DNA of 63,502 nt, counting the filler, from Phoronis australis (taxonomy: Eukaryota > Animalia > Phoronida): NCBI GenBank assembly GCA_002633005.1. It is 8 parts of 8 records of this genome, joined end to end, with 100 filler letters (N's around TTAATTAATTAA, not from the genome) between each part and the next. Parts side by side here need not be neighbours in the genome. Positions count along the whole stretch, not along the records: positions 9,386 to 15,161 come from NMRA01002274.1; positions 15,262 to 18,346 come from NMRA01003237.1; positions 18,447 to 20,513 come from NMRA01000958.1; positions 20,614 to 31,838 come from NMRA01000106.1; 4 more parts are not named here. The stretch is one strand, 5' to 3'. This document shows, piece by piece, positions 13,440-25,947 of the stretch (positions within the stretch are counted from its first letter, which is position 1; the number at the start of each line of letters is the position of its first letter). Below the pieces are notes generated by a model. That model was not told where the DNA came from and ran no database searches. It saw nothing but the letters and a program-made list of their open reading frames with translations. The position numbers were made by a program, and so were the translations under genes.

Positions 13440-13601
13440 TGTCTTGTCCAGCGGGCACCTACAGCGATATCGGCTGGGCGAAGTGTGAGCTGTGTCGCCA
13501 GGGTTCATATCAGCACACAAGGGGCCAATCCGACTGCATTGAGTGCCCATTTAATTACACTACTTCTGGAGTAGGGTCATGCCGCGCGTCCGAATGCATG
13601 G
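13440..13601 (+). CDS. Ephrin-receptor-like / GCC2-GCC3 Cys-rich domain exon (absent from the ORF track in this frame)
   Basis: tttcAG acceptor, 162 nt, phase 1-1, pattern CPAGTYS-x5-C-x2-C-x2-GSYQ-x3-GQ-x2-C-x2-CP-x3-TT. Confidence 0.85.
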
Positions 13602-15261
13602 GTTAATTGTCTTACCATTTCCTTGAACATAATGAAATTTTGAAATTATCTTGCAAAATAATAAAATTGTTTGATAAATGATATTTCCACAATTCACCAT
13701 CTCCAGACTGAAGTTCAAATAGCTTTGACGCGTATGAACTATTGAGGAAGACGTGGTAGATTTTCCGGTTACGTCTGTGACTGAGGCTATGCGGCATTCT
13801 ACGCGTATGTTGCCCGTCTTTTTTGATTTAGACTACACACCAATACTCGGATAACGTGATCACAGCGTTTGCACAGAAATGGCAATTTGTTATTCCTTGA
13901 GCCCACGCCCATCGCATAAAATGACTCTTCCTGACAAAACATTGCCAGCTAGTCGGGCTTGATCTCAATCCTTTTAAAGCCCTGTATTCACCATCAATTT
14001 GACTGTGAAAATTGGGGATAGTTTTTAACGGTAGGGAGTCCGAAATCAAACGTTTGGTTTTGTGATGGAGGGCGGTTCATATCTGCGCTAATGAGGTAAC
14101 AAAATTAAACTCTGTTGTTTTGTGATGCATGTTTGTATTTACAGATCCGAGTGTGGTGACGCTGTACCAAGTGTTTACCGGTGTATTTGCTGCCAAAGAA
14201 AATTCGCCGAGGTCCAGGAAAATTTACGTAGTTGTGGGAAGTTCGCTTCTCATTTCTTCTGTTGTAGCTTTAACATGGTAAGGAGTTATGTTGAAGCACT
14301 CTTTGTATTAAATTGAGAAAAAACGACAGCTGGAGCTCAGATACAGACACTCACTACACGGCTCAAGATTGACCAGTCTTTTGAATTTCTTGATGTCACG
14401 TGTGTTCTCACAATGTGTTACGAAAAGCTGTTGAAAATATTCAAATTTGACAAGATTTCACTGGACATTGTGCAAATTGCCCAATCGACTTGGTCCTCGG
14501 AATATTTTTGTTTCTCCTCGAACTGTCGCCATGGTGAGATTGTAGGCATGTAGTAAAATATTTTATTTCCTCCACTTTTCTTTGCCAGAGTTCGCGTATT
14601 TTTGTGTTGTCAAATTCCACTCTTAGTTTCCGGTCGGTTGCTCGAGGGGAGACAATTTTTAAATTGTAAATTAGAATTTAAAAATTCTAATTTACGCCTG
14701 AATGTAGTTGGACTGCTTAGATTACCCGGATTGAGTTGAATGTTATTGGGCCCGGGTTTTTTTTCGTGAAAAGTGACTAAAGACATTTGGTCCTACGATC
14801 CACACAACCATTTCTGAAAAATAATTAAATCTCACTTGAGTAAAGTTGCAACGTCTGTGGGAATATGCACATAACCCCGGGCCCGGGGATACCGAGATGA
14901 ATTATTTCTAGACTGCGATGCGCTCATATTTTCTTGGCTAAGCCTTAATTCAGCAGCTGTGAAGTGGGAGTGGGAGACAAAATTTTTGTCTCTGAGTCAT
15001 TTTCGCGAAACAGACGCCAGGAGAAGTGACCGGGTTTTTCTCGACAGCAACCTATTGTCCCTAACCCGTGTATGTTGCATTGAGATTATGGTTTTCTTTC
15101 TTCGTAGTTATGCCGTTTGTCGGCGCTACATACCCACCTCGTCCGGACTACGCAGTGCCGANNNNNNNNNNNNNNNNNNNNNNNNNNNNNNNNNNNNNNN
15201 NNNNNTTAATTAATTAANNNNNNNNNNNNNNNNNNNNNNNNNNNNNNNNNNNNNNNNNNNN

Positions 15262-15327
15262 GACATTTTTTGTGCTGCATTCAGCTACACTGACATCTGT
15301 GAGAGAAATCTCATCAAAGATCACAGA
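15262..15327 (-). CDS. DGKH/DGKD: Type II diacylglycerol kinase, next PH-domain exon, cut by the spacer
   Basis: ttttacAG|SVIFDEISLTDVSVAECSTKNV (DGK-eta: [22 protein letters not shown]); in frame (phase 0) with the 18080-18142 exon. Confidence 0.88.
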
Positions 15328-17864
15328 CTGTAAAATAAAAAGAAGAAATTTTAATACATTTCCAGATTTTTGGCAGAGTATTCAATGATGGGTCCCCTTT
15401 TCAAATAATTTCCACGTTAGCAAAAAACTGTTGACCACAAAGATTAAATTGCTGCACCTCACTACATTTTATAACAATTTAGTTGTGACAACCAACACTA
15501 GGTGGTGCTTCAGTAGTATTAGAAAAATGGACAAAATTATTCACAAATGGAATCACTGAGTTGCAACTATCTGATTAGGCACTCAATAAGAGGCGATCAA
15601 CAGTTGACCATTAAAAAACAATCCTGTATTTTTCATTTAAAGAGCACTTCCTTCCTGTTAACTTGGATGTCATGAAATAAACTGATTCACTACTACAAAC
15701 TGGTCTTAAAGAATTCTTTGCCATGGCAACAGTTAGTTTTCCACCAAACAGAATTGAAAGATTACCTGCGATTGCCATAAAGTTACTAAATCTGAAACGG
15801 GTTGCATAACCTTGTAAAAATTTATGGCTTGTTTGGAGAGGCCAATAATCTCTTGAGGTGGATGTCAATTTTCTACAGTTCACGCAAAAAGGTAATCAGA
15901 TAATTAAAGTGACATGGAATTCCCTGTCATGATGGCTGGGTTGGGTTGAATTCATCACTGATCAGGGTGGCATTCTTTCATGACCCGAGAATGAAAGCAA
16001 TTTAATAGGAAAGTAAAAAACATGGCCAAGCCTTTTTGTAACTACAATTTTGATGTTATTATAGTGGTTATGAGTCATTTTTGTTGTTGAAATAATTTGC
16101 CGTTATGGGCATTATGAGTCATTTTTGTTGTTAAAATAATTAGCCTTCACGATGGGGAAATGGTATTCTGTTGGATTATTTTTGTCCTGTACTGCATGTT
16201 GTAGTGAAGATTTTACATAATACGATCAAATGTCCCATACACTTGTGTGCTTGGTTTCAATTGGTGGTCCTGAAGTTTTTCACGTATTGAAGATGAAAAT
16301 AAAGTACTGACAATTGGGACTTGATATTCTGTTGGTGAGTGTTGGACACATGAATGGAGATAGCCACACAAAGAAGAGAAAGAGAATATCGCAAAAACAG
16401 GAAACGATGACCAACCCCATAATTAGATGGAAAGGAAGTAATAGGAAAACTTTTCACATTTAGACGATTAGCAGAAATGGGTGTGGCTACAATGTATGGA
16501 GAAAATTTCCAGTGTCCGCCAGCAATTATCACGTTATTTTTGCTTCAGTGACAATTATTCGTTAGCTAGCTCAGACAACAATAGCTAGCCATGCGTAGGA
16601 GTAGCATTGGGAACCCAGAGACTATGTATGGAAATAAACTCTGATGTAAGAAATGAAAAAACAGACCGTGCAATTGATCGGCACATCTATATTTGAATGC
16701 TTAATAGCCAACAAGCCAGATATGAACGCTAACGAACAACCGGAAGATGTAGGCGTCAGTTCTCTAAAAGCAGTTAACTTGTTGCCCCGATTGCATTCTC
16801 CTGTACTCTTTCCCACCCTCATGCAACTAACGTTAGCAGTGTAATGTGTAAAACCCCTCTCACTTATGCATTACATGTGAATTCAGAGTGGCCCTAGAAA
16901 GAATAGGATTTCGTCAAAATACAGGAAATGAACTCATCATTTCCGAAATGTTCTTAGTGTAGGCTCCCCCCAATGGCAGAGGGACATCCCTCCTATGTCT
17001 ACCCCCAAACTACCTCTGGCCGCTTGTTCGTGTTGTAGTGGGCGATAGAGTACATTTCCACCCTCTTTTAATTTTGGGATGTAGAGAACCCTCTGGAAGG
17101 TACAATTGATGAAAATGTGCTTGTGTATTGTATTGGACTAATTGTAGTGAAAGCCTTGCCCACTAACAAAAAATAGAAAATCTAAAACGTTCTAATGCAA
17201 AAGAAGCCGAAAATAGACACTGCTTTCAGTGGCAGTTTCTATATTGTGCTTCTTTTCCTAATAAAATGAAAGTCGCACAGGTTTGTGTGATCAAATATTA
17301 ACTAGAATGGCAAAAAGTGTGCACTAAGACTTTTATTTCCACTTATCATGTATGCAGCAATAGCTGGAAAGGAAATTTTAGAATGCAGGCCCAGCACACA
17401 GGTCACTTTTTCCCTTCATCTTGTACTCGGAAATATTCCAAAGCGTATTATGCTGCTAAATCATGTCCATTAGGATTAACCAACTACTAACCATGACGTC
17501 GTCTAAACAGCTGTTGGCTTGACCGAGCATTTTGAAAAAAATTAACAAGACAACTGAATTTTGCATTTACTGAGATGAAAGTCGTATTTAACTATCTCTT
17601 TTAAATGTTGTCCGTTCCCCCTGTATCCAAGTAAGTGGTCAAGTAGTAAAATACAAAGGAGCGCCTGTTTCTTTCAAGGCATTCATTTGGTTCCTTGGAC
17701 TTACACTGTGGACAACATCTAAGGAGAGTCTTAATGCATTTTGCCGATCGCTAGTAAGTTTCCCGATTTCACACGTGAGTATATAGCACGTAGATACATG
17801 CGGCTCACCAAAACACACGTGTCTTTGTAATTAGAGCAAGGCTCTCTTGTCACTGATATTTGAT

Positions 17865-18062
17865 GATACAGAAGAACATACTAAAACACAATGAAACAAA
17901 ACTAGATATAGTGAAACACACTGAAACATACTGAAACAAACGGAAACACACTGAAACATAACTGAAACACACTGAAACATACTGAAACATACTGAAACAC
18001 ACTGAAACATACTGAAACACACTGAAACATAATGAAACACATTGAAACATACTGAAATACAC
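17865..18062. repeat. 10-bp minisatellite ACTGAAACA(T/C) in the DGK intron
   Basis: Direct tandem copies visible; source of the spurious SVCFSMFQ ORFs. Confidence 0.95.
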
Positions 18063-18079
18063 TATTTGTCTGCACCCAC

Positions 18080-18142
18080 CTTTGTATCCTTTGCATAGTA
18101 CAACTTGGAACCCTTGAGTTTAAAGTACCTCTTTCTCCATCG
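18080..18142 (-). CDS. DGKH/DGKD: Type II diacylglycerol kinase (eta/delta-like), PH-domain exon
   Basis: ttttacAG|63 nt|GTGGGT encodes RWRKRYFKLKGSKLYYAKDTK, matching the remembered DGK-eta PH text [21 protein letters not shown]. Confidence 0.88.
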
Positions 18143-18446
18143 CTGTAAAACAAACAAGTTACTACTAAAGAAAGGATATAGAGCCTGGTAGGGTTTCCAT
18201 TGGTTGCGACATCAAATTACCCAGAGTGTCTGAATGCCGGCAGATGGGACTTATTGATATCTATAAAATGGTTTCATCATTTCCTGTCTTCCTCTTTATC
18301 AATTGCAAAAATTGCAAGACACATGGGTCACACATATATATTTAAANNNNNNNNNNNNNNNNNNNNNNNNNNNNNNNNNNNNNNNNNNNNTTAATTAATT
18401 AANNNNNNNNNNNNNNNNNNNNNNNNNNNNNNNNNNNNNNNNNNNN

Positions 18447-18990
18447 TATTACAACTGCTATAATTAAGCTTTTTGAAGAAATTGATGTCGAGTTGGCAGG
18501 AAAACTGGTTGGCTTCGGAAGTAACGGTGCGAGCGTCATGGTAGGATGCAGGAATGGTGTTGCCACCAAGCTGAAAGAGGTGATGTACAGATGTTAACAG
18601 AGCCTTTACTGGAATGACAAAAACTTGCAATTTATTTTGAGTATTGTTACTCATATCTAAAATAATTATGTGGGAATTATCTATTCCGGAGCAACAAACA
18701 TGTAACATGATAAATTCAAATGTAGACATTCTTAGTTACAGTGAATATATAAATAAAAAATATTATGTCATCTATGTATAAACCTCAATGACTGTTATTC
18801 ATAATTTTTGTGTCTTCAGGTATCACCAATTCTTATCGCCAACAACTGTGTGGCACACAGATTGGCTCTTGCAAGTGGACAGGCAGCAAATGACATTCCG
18901 TATCTCAAACGATTCAATGCCACTGTTGACCACTTATTCAGATTTTACGAGTATAGCCCGGTGCGACTGGCAGCTCTAAAACAAATTCAG
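18447..18990 (+). mobile_element. Intron-containing hAT transposase (ZNF862/C17orf113-like), two exons: 18447-18579 and 18820-18990
   Basis: ITTAIIKLFEEIDVELAGKLVGFGSNGASVMVGCRNGVATKLKE|VSPILIANNCVAHRLALASGQAANDIPYLKRFNATVDHLFRFYEYSPVRLAALKQIQ; canonical GT-AG phase-0 intron; CxxH motif. Confidence 0.85.
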
Positions 18991-19226
18991 GTTTGTTCAT
19001 CTTCATGGAAAATACTTTAAACATCACCATGAGGCAAGTGCGGCTGTGAAAATGTTTTAATAGTCACTGTACTTCCAAGTTGTTGAACCAATCGTCTTGT
19101 ATTCAGTGAAGATAAAATAAAATAAAATAAACTAAAAGTCGAGCTTCATNGTGAAGATAAAATAAAATAAACTAAAAGGCGAGCTTCATTGCTCATCTTA
19201 TGAATAAGCTGAGTCCAACTACAGCC

Positions 19227-19279
19227 AGCTGATTTAGTTTTCACTGCACTGTAACAGTGCAGTGAAAACTAAATCAGCT
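19227..19279. repeat. Perfect 53-bp palindrome (26-bp arms, 1-nt centre)
   Basis: agctgatttagttttcactgcactgt-a-acagtgcagtgaaaactaaatcagct. Confidence 0.95.
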
Positions 19280-22200
19280 TAATAACATATTCATACGTGG
19301 ATAGTTCGCAGTCTCTCACATTATGTGGGAATTGAGGATTCGGTATGCAATGTACAAACAGACTAATCAACACAAAATCATGAAACACAACCAAAGAAAA
19401 AGTGAGTACATGGACAGGAAGGACTATACAACAGAAGACTATGCTTCATCAGCGCAGACTTTTTCTACCAAAATTACAGCAATGGTACAAGGAATAACAA
19501 ATCACCTAACATTCAAACTCCAAGAAGATCGCCAGAGACAAAGGCAGAAAATAAAACGTAACAGGTAACAGAAAGTTTTATCTCCAGTGGTCATAGATGT
19601 GGTTTTAGGAAGTGCTGTTTGATTTAACCGCATTCCATAGGCCGGAAATAGTGCCTAGAATTGCCACTCATGGTTTTTAAATGTTCACTTTTGTTGACAA
19701 TAATGTAAACAGTAAACCCAAAACACTCAATGGTGTGAACAAGTTTCACTAAAACTAACACTAACTACAACCTGGCTATAGGAGGTGGAAATTAGGAAAC
19801 TTAGACATTTGATTAAATTACGAAGTTAATAGTTTCTTTTAATTTAAAGCTAATGTACTGCATACATATATCTATGCTACACCACAAGCCACTTATTGGG
19901 GACAAATAATACAAGAATGATAAATATTTTAAGTTGTATTGGGAATTTCAGGGTCACAGCCCTACAAATAAATACTTTACAGAAGGAACCAGATGGGTTC
20001 CTTAATTACAAGATATAACACACACATTTCCGATACCCAAAGTGTAACTGAGTATCGGATACTAAGTGGCACAGGTTAGCATAGTACCAAATGGATACAT
20101 AATACCAAATGAGTATTGGCCGATTGCCTACCAACTGCGTCGAGCAAAGCGGCAAATTCAATAACAAGTACCAAGTGGGTACAAACTGCCAAATGGGCAA
20201 ATATCATATAAAGTACCAAGTGGGTACACCAAACCGCCAACTGGGCTATAACAACCTGGAAAGCAGGTTCCGGACAAGCTGAGTGAGCAGACCAGCCGGA
20301 GTGATAGAAAGAGATATTGTAAAGAACGTGGTGTTGTGGCTCAGTATGTGCCACATGGGCAGGGTTGTTCATGGATGAACAATCCTGTCCACTGCCACAA
20401 CTCACGTGGGGGCCGTGACCCTGGTAGGGGAGTGACAGGGGATGGGAGAAAAAGGTAGTCACAATGAGAAAAGGACTAATACCAGTCCCGGATTTGACTC
20501 CATATTCAGTGAANNNNNNNNNNNNNNNNNNNNNNNNNNNNNNNNNNNNNNNNNNNNTTAATTAATTAANNNNNNNNNNNNNNNNNNNNNNNNNNNNNNN
20601 NNNNNNNNNNNNNTCTGTAAACGGGAACACCTCCAAGGACATTACAGGTTATTCAAATGTCTTGTCCCTGGTATTTATGACTTTAAAAAGGATTCCCATC
20701 ATGTGAATATTGCAATACGCTTTAGAAAATGGTATTTCCGATGAACAAAAGCGCTAAATTTACTAATTTGATCCGAATACGGTTGATTATATGTGGGCGG
20801 GGTCTAAGGTTATTCATACGAAGTTTGTGATAAATTTGAACACCTTTTGTTAGCAAACGTAAACAGATGAGAGACCGACTTACGTGGACTAGCTCATATT
20901 TTGAGCACAGAATCAAACAAGACCAATGAAAATAGTTTATTTGGGTCTAGTCTATTTTTTTCTGAAGTCTAATATAGTGATGCGGTAATTTTAGCATGAT
21001 CCCTGGACCCAGCTGGAATAGCTTTGGGTCCAATATTCAGCCCGTCGCCACGTGATGCCAGCTGAAATGAATTGTAATCTGTCTTTTTACCCAGCGATAT
21101 ATGGTGCCACCTATGAGGAGTTGGCTTCAATATGAAGGGGACGGGACCACATACATTTTTTATATTTTTGTCAAAAATGCATCATAATAGATGTCCTTCA
21201 TTTCGCCAACCCACTGTCTCCTTTCCAGCTCTGGAAACTAGCTTGTTGGTAAGTTTTTAGCAATCAAGTTTCTATCGACATCGTTCGGTGATGTTATCCC
21301 CACCAGTTACCCCCACTGAATAGCGGGTTATGGAACGCAGTGTATCTTTTCGGAAACTCACCCAAGACTCGGATGCCGGGTAGGCTAGCTAGCAGCACAT
21401 ATTCACATACATTGCCCCAGGGGTGGGAATGCCCCCAATATAAGAGGTGTATGGTACGTGACGGTCAGAAGTCAAGGATGGCTTTTTCACAAGAGTTTCT
21501 CTTTTAAGCTATGCTATGTCCAATAAAATTCTCTAGACGAGTGAGTTTCCTTATTTTACGGCAGACTCCAACCCCAGGACTACCAGATTAGTTACTGAAT
21601 TAACCGATGAATAAGCTATTCAGTAAACGTCATAACATTGCATTGGAATAAAAATTGACACCTAGAATGAATTTTACTTGTTGAGGTCAGATGCACGTTT
21701 TTGGTGTCGTGAAAAATACACATTATTAAATCCCTTTTAGCCTGTTTCACATCGTTTAATTCAAATCTTAAATAAGACTTGGGTACAAAGATTATTAGTT
21801 TCTACATTTAAACATGAAGATGAAACGTCAAGTATGTTCTGCCTTACTAAAGTAGTTTTGTCTTGTGTTTCCTTTCATAAGGTGTTAATATTTCTCAAAG
21901 TATTCTGTTACAGGTGAGAGAAAACGACTGAAACCAGCCGCCTGACCGCCTATTTTACCTTTGGACAAAGTGAAAAGCAATGCTTCAGCATTAACCTGAG
22001 AGCATTGAACCTAATTCAGAAATTCAGCCCTTGATATGCCTGATTTTGGACTCCATTGCTTGGGAAAATTATAATTGTTTTTAACAATGTTGTTTCTCTA
22101 TATACTTTTCCTGCATGTGGAACTTTTGTTGTGGACAAGCTAACGCAAAACTTAAAATTGTTCAAAGGCCTTCTTAAGAAAGCTCTAAAAATAATTACAC

Positions 22201-22329
22201 ACACAAACAAATCAAATGCAAACAAAGGCAATACTTCATTTTGATCGCTGCACATTTCTAGAGGTCAACACTGAGGAAAACGACAATTCGCAAGCGTAAT
22301 CGCTAATCATTTCCGCTTTATAAAGAATA

Positions 22330-22727
22330 AGCACCACTGCACGGTCTACGTTTAACCCTGGCTTCTCTGCATCCAACCTGTGGGTGCGGTCTAAATCATT
22401 TACCGGTAGGTCAACTTCCAACTTCTTGGCTATGTTCATGACTAGCTCCTCAGTGTTCTCCCCCTTATTTTCCTCTACACCGTGTATTATCAGGCAATTT
22501 CGTCTGGAATATTGCTCGCTGTCGTCTAAACGCTCCTCCAGTTCGCTCACCTTTCTATTCAGACTGTCAATTTCGTCCTGTTGTTTCTGTAGCATATCTT
22601 TGAACCCCTCGGTTAAGTGAAGACAGGTTTCATTGCGAGTACATTCGAACATTTCTATGACCAGTCCTTTTATATCGGAGTCCTGGAAAGCAGATTTCAT
22701 GCCTTGAATGAACCTGTTCGCTTCCAT
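22330..22727 (-). mobile_element. LINE (CR1/L2/Crack-type) ORF1 fragment: coiled coil plus RRM start
   Basis: LEERLDDSEQYSRRNCLIIHGVEENKGENTEELV...DLDRTHRL; no ORF2 follows. Confidence 0.85.
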
Positions 22728-23105
22728 GAATAGGCTTCAGGGCTGATATTTTTGAAGGCTATCTTTCGAATTCTAGAACACACCCGCCATGTTTCGAAGC
22801 GCCACCTGACAAAAATCAACGACGACTAAAAAACGGGGCCACTAGGTTCAGGCGTAGGCTATGAATCTGCGCAGAATTCTTGTGGATTTGTGGACTTTTG
22901 TCTCTTTTACTCGGATTTTTTGTTTCGCTGAGGTGGACCTTTTTGCCCAATTCGCCAAATTGTGGGCTCGAACTCAGGATTGTAGCAACAACTCAGTTTC
23001 CCGCAAACATCTTCAATGGAGCTTTGGCCATTGCCATACATTTTAACTGCTAACCTCCACCGCCAAGGAGCCAACTACTACCTCATGCAATAAAGGGTCA
23101 AACAC

Positions 23106-23450
23106 CTAGTTTGGAGGCTGTGGGTATAGCATCAGCGGTCGTTTCTTAAGACTGCCAGTCCAAATAACTTCATGTACAACAGCTTTCTGAAGCACGTCTT
23201 CAAAGTCTTGCTTTAGTTTTGAAAGGTAAATGACATCTCCGTGTGTTAGAAGCTTTGATTCAATGAACTCCAAACAAATCTGTAGAAAAACATTTATGAA
23301 AAATGTGGATTTGTCCCTCTTTCTGACCATTGTATTTCTATTTTTATAGCATGACCTGTGCTTCTTAAGGATATTTCCAACCTTATTCACAAAAATTGGC
23401 CATTTTTACAATATTTCACCTGTGTCTAGCAAAATACCTTATCTTCATTC
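23106..23450 (-). mobile_element. Decayed large DNA-transposase fragment (Academ-like)
   Basis: KHRSCYKN...FLQICLEFIESKLLTHGDVIYLSKLKQDFEDVL...LKKR resembles the YHxxCY region of such proteins; family assignment from memory. Confidence 0.4.
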
Positions 23451-24289
23451 TCTTGGAACTTCAAATACGAAATATATACTGCGTAGCGAGAAAAAAAAGA
23501 TTTAGCAGAACCACCTTGGAACCGCACAACCGCGTGGATATTTGTTTACCACTTATCCAAGGTCAAAGGTTAAAGGGCTTTCAAGTAAATCGAGTCTCCC
23601 GCCAGGTACAGAACAGCTTCAGTATACCCTCAGTCCTTTCATTCACAAATTCGCCATAACATTGTACCAACGAGGTGTGGTTATGATAGAATGGTGCTGG
23701 GGAAACCGAAGAGAAAACGTAGTTTTGATGCTAAGGGAGTTGTGCGTCTACATGCATACGACCGTTGACGTTGAAAACGAATGCTACGAGTTGCCTCAGG
23801 CCTCAGTCTGGTCATGAACACAGAAAGTTGTGAAAAGAGATAAATCCTCCCCCTTATTCCTTAATTCAATTATTGAGTTAACTTTTCGATGTTTCGATTT
23901 CATGTTAACGACTTACTTTAACCACCAATTCAATTTTTGTTATCCATTTCTTACTTGGTTTGGTATCAGTCTCCCAGCACGTGACGTGTACAGGCTATGA
24001 ACTGTGACCTACTTTCTAAGTAGGTCGTACAAAACGGCAGAAGTTGGCAGCGAAAGATAGGTCTATTTGAGGTTTTAATGATATTTAAGTTAGTTACGCA
24101 CTGCAAACTTAGTTGACATTGCAAGAAAACATTGAAATTTGTGACATAGTTAAGGATTCTATAGGTTACGTATACCGAAAACAAGTTTTCACAGAATAAT
24201 TAACCAAAGACTTAGAGATTCTCACATGTCCCAGTTTAATCGGCTTTTTCTCGGCTTCGGCAAATCGACTTTATTTGAACTTAGGAACA

Positions 24290-24775
24290 CGAGTTCTCGA
24301 AAATGGCTCGATGGATTTCGCTGAAACTTTCCAAACTTAATATTTAGTCACCAATCTCAAAAACGCTGTTAGGATTTTTGATATAAAAGCTTACTTTTTG
24401 TGTAATGTGGCCAAAACGAATACGACTTCAATTTTTTACAAAAATACCTTACGTTTTGCGAGTATATTTGTCATAGAAACCAAACGAATAAACTAATCGA
24501 AAATTCCTAACAGCGTTTTTGAGGTAATTGATGAAGTTTTCATTCAAAAAAGGTTTCGTTAAAATCGACCGAGGGGTTATTTTGCTATGAATGTACCTTT
24601 CTTAAAAATGAAATTTTTACTTAAAAAAGGTTTTTACGTAAAAATAATAATGACAAATAAATACAAAAAGTATATTTATATTTCCTGGTCTTTGTTCTTT
24701 CAGAAAATATATACTTTTACTAGTTGACAAAGCTTAGATTTTTTGATATACGAGTTAGGTTTGAAATAACCTTAA
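24290..24775. mobile_element. Non-autonomous AT-rich DNA element with internal inverted repeat
   Basis: ctcaaaaacgctgttagga (~24356) vs tcctaacagcgtttttgag (~24505); ends ...aaccTTAA. Confidence 0.5.
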
Positions 24776-25947
24776 GCCACAAAGTGTGTATCTTTGAATT
24801 TCATTTGCATATTCAGGTCTCCGGACTGAGCTGTGCGATACAAGTCCAGCTGAAAAAAATGCGAACTGTTAACACTAACTTAACATTTAACAACCAGTGT
24901 GTTGGCATGCATTTTTTCAGACGGAGTTATCAGGAATTGATCCACCACCATCCTAACACATTTACATGCCGTCTGATCAGTAGCCTAAAAATTTGGACCG
25001 TCTGACGATTAGATTAGCTGATGCGGCTGAAAATAAGTCATCTGATGTACCAATGCAGTGATTGAAAAAAAAAACTATAATCAGATGATCATACCATAGT
25101 CAATATATTTACAGAAAGTTTGACAAAATGGGCAGGGGCTTCCCCTGTCCTCAGAATATGACGAGATGTCGCCCACTCGGGCACTTTAATTTAGTACGAT
25201 TGCAGCTACATTTCCTAAGTAATTAATGTTTACAAAATATGAGATGTTGCTCCTGTCTGGCGGCTACTTGGGTTTGTTGATTTAACCGTCTCAAAAAGGT
25301 TAATTTAAAATCACACCTCCAGTATAACGCCATATGATTATCCCCCGGGCCTGGCGCAAGCAGCCGGTGTAAAAATGGCCAATTGTCGATTTGGGCAACG
25401 ACAAACTGTTTGAAAGACAGGATTTCAGGAGTATTTGTTCAAACTGGGATATGTCTTGATTTTTACACTCCGGGAGACTGGCGTTAACAACTACATAACA
25501 AACTTTTAATTAGAACATTATTCAAAAACCAACTAAGCAAATGCCATTGGTGGGCTTCACATGCAGCGCAGTACTCAAAATGCCCGGTCAACTCAGCGGC
25601 CGGGCGCCTATTGTGACTGGGACAGGTAAATTGAAGCGCAGCCGAAAATAAAACGCCGAAAACGATCGCAAGAAAAGCCACCACGTGCCCCGCTCATAAT
25701 ATATGCTGATATTGTGTGGCTGAGTGGGTTCGCATGCGATAGAACACAGTATTTGTCGTGGTCTACAAAATTTGTTTTTCTTGAGGGTACCTAATCACCG
25801 TGCGCTCACGTCAAATTCTGCCTACAGTGTGTTCACAGAAGATGGCATAGCTACCACAGTATATGGTAAATTCTTTACGAAGCAATATTGCGTAAGCTGC
25901 ACATTGTCTAATAAAACATGTTAAGATTGGCGACTTTTTGCGGCTAT

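Larger units (their letters stand above)
11959..14277 (+). pseudogene. Type-I membrane protein with signal peptide, ephrin-receptor-like (GCC2/GCC3) Cys-rich domain and TM helix; probably disabled
   Basis: Signal peptide MKLYAFFVLLAGIGSSSA at 11959; exon 13440-13601 SCPAGTYSDIGWAKCELCRQGSYQHTRGQSDCIECPFNYTTSGVGSCRASEC; exon 14145-14277 ...KIYVVVGSSLLISSVVALTW|GTAAGG. A putative 180-nt exon at 13175-13354 has three in-frame stops, and no phase-compatible donor was found for exon 1. Confidence 0.6.

Noticed and set aside
17831-18153. Repetitive SVCFSMFQ ORFs
   Set aside because: Translations of a 10-bp minisatellite; only 18080-18142, in another frame, is coding.
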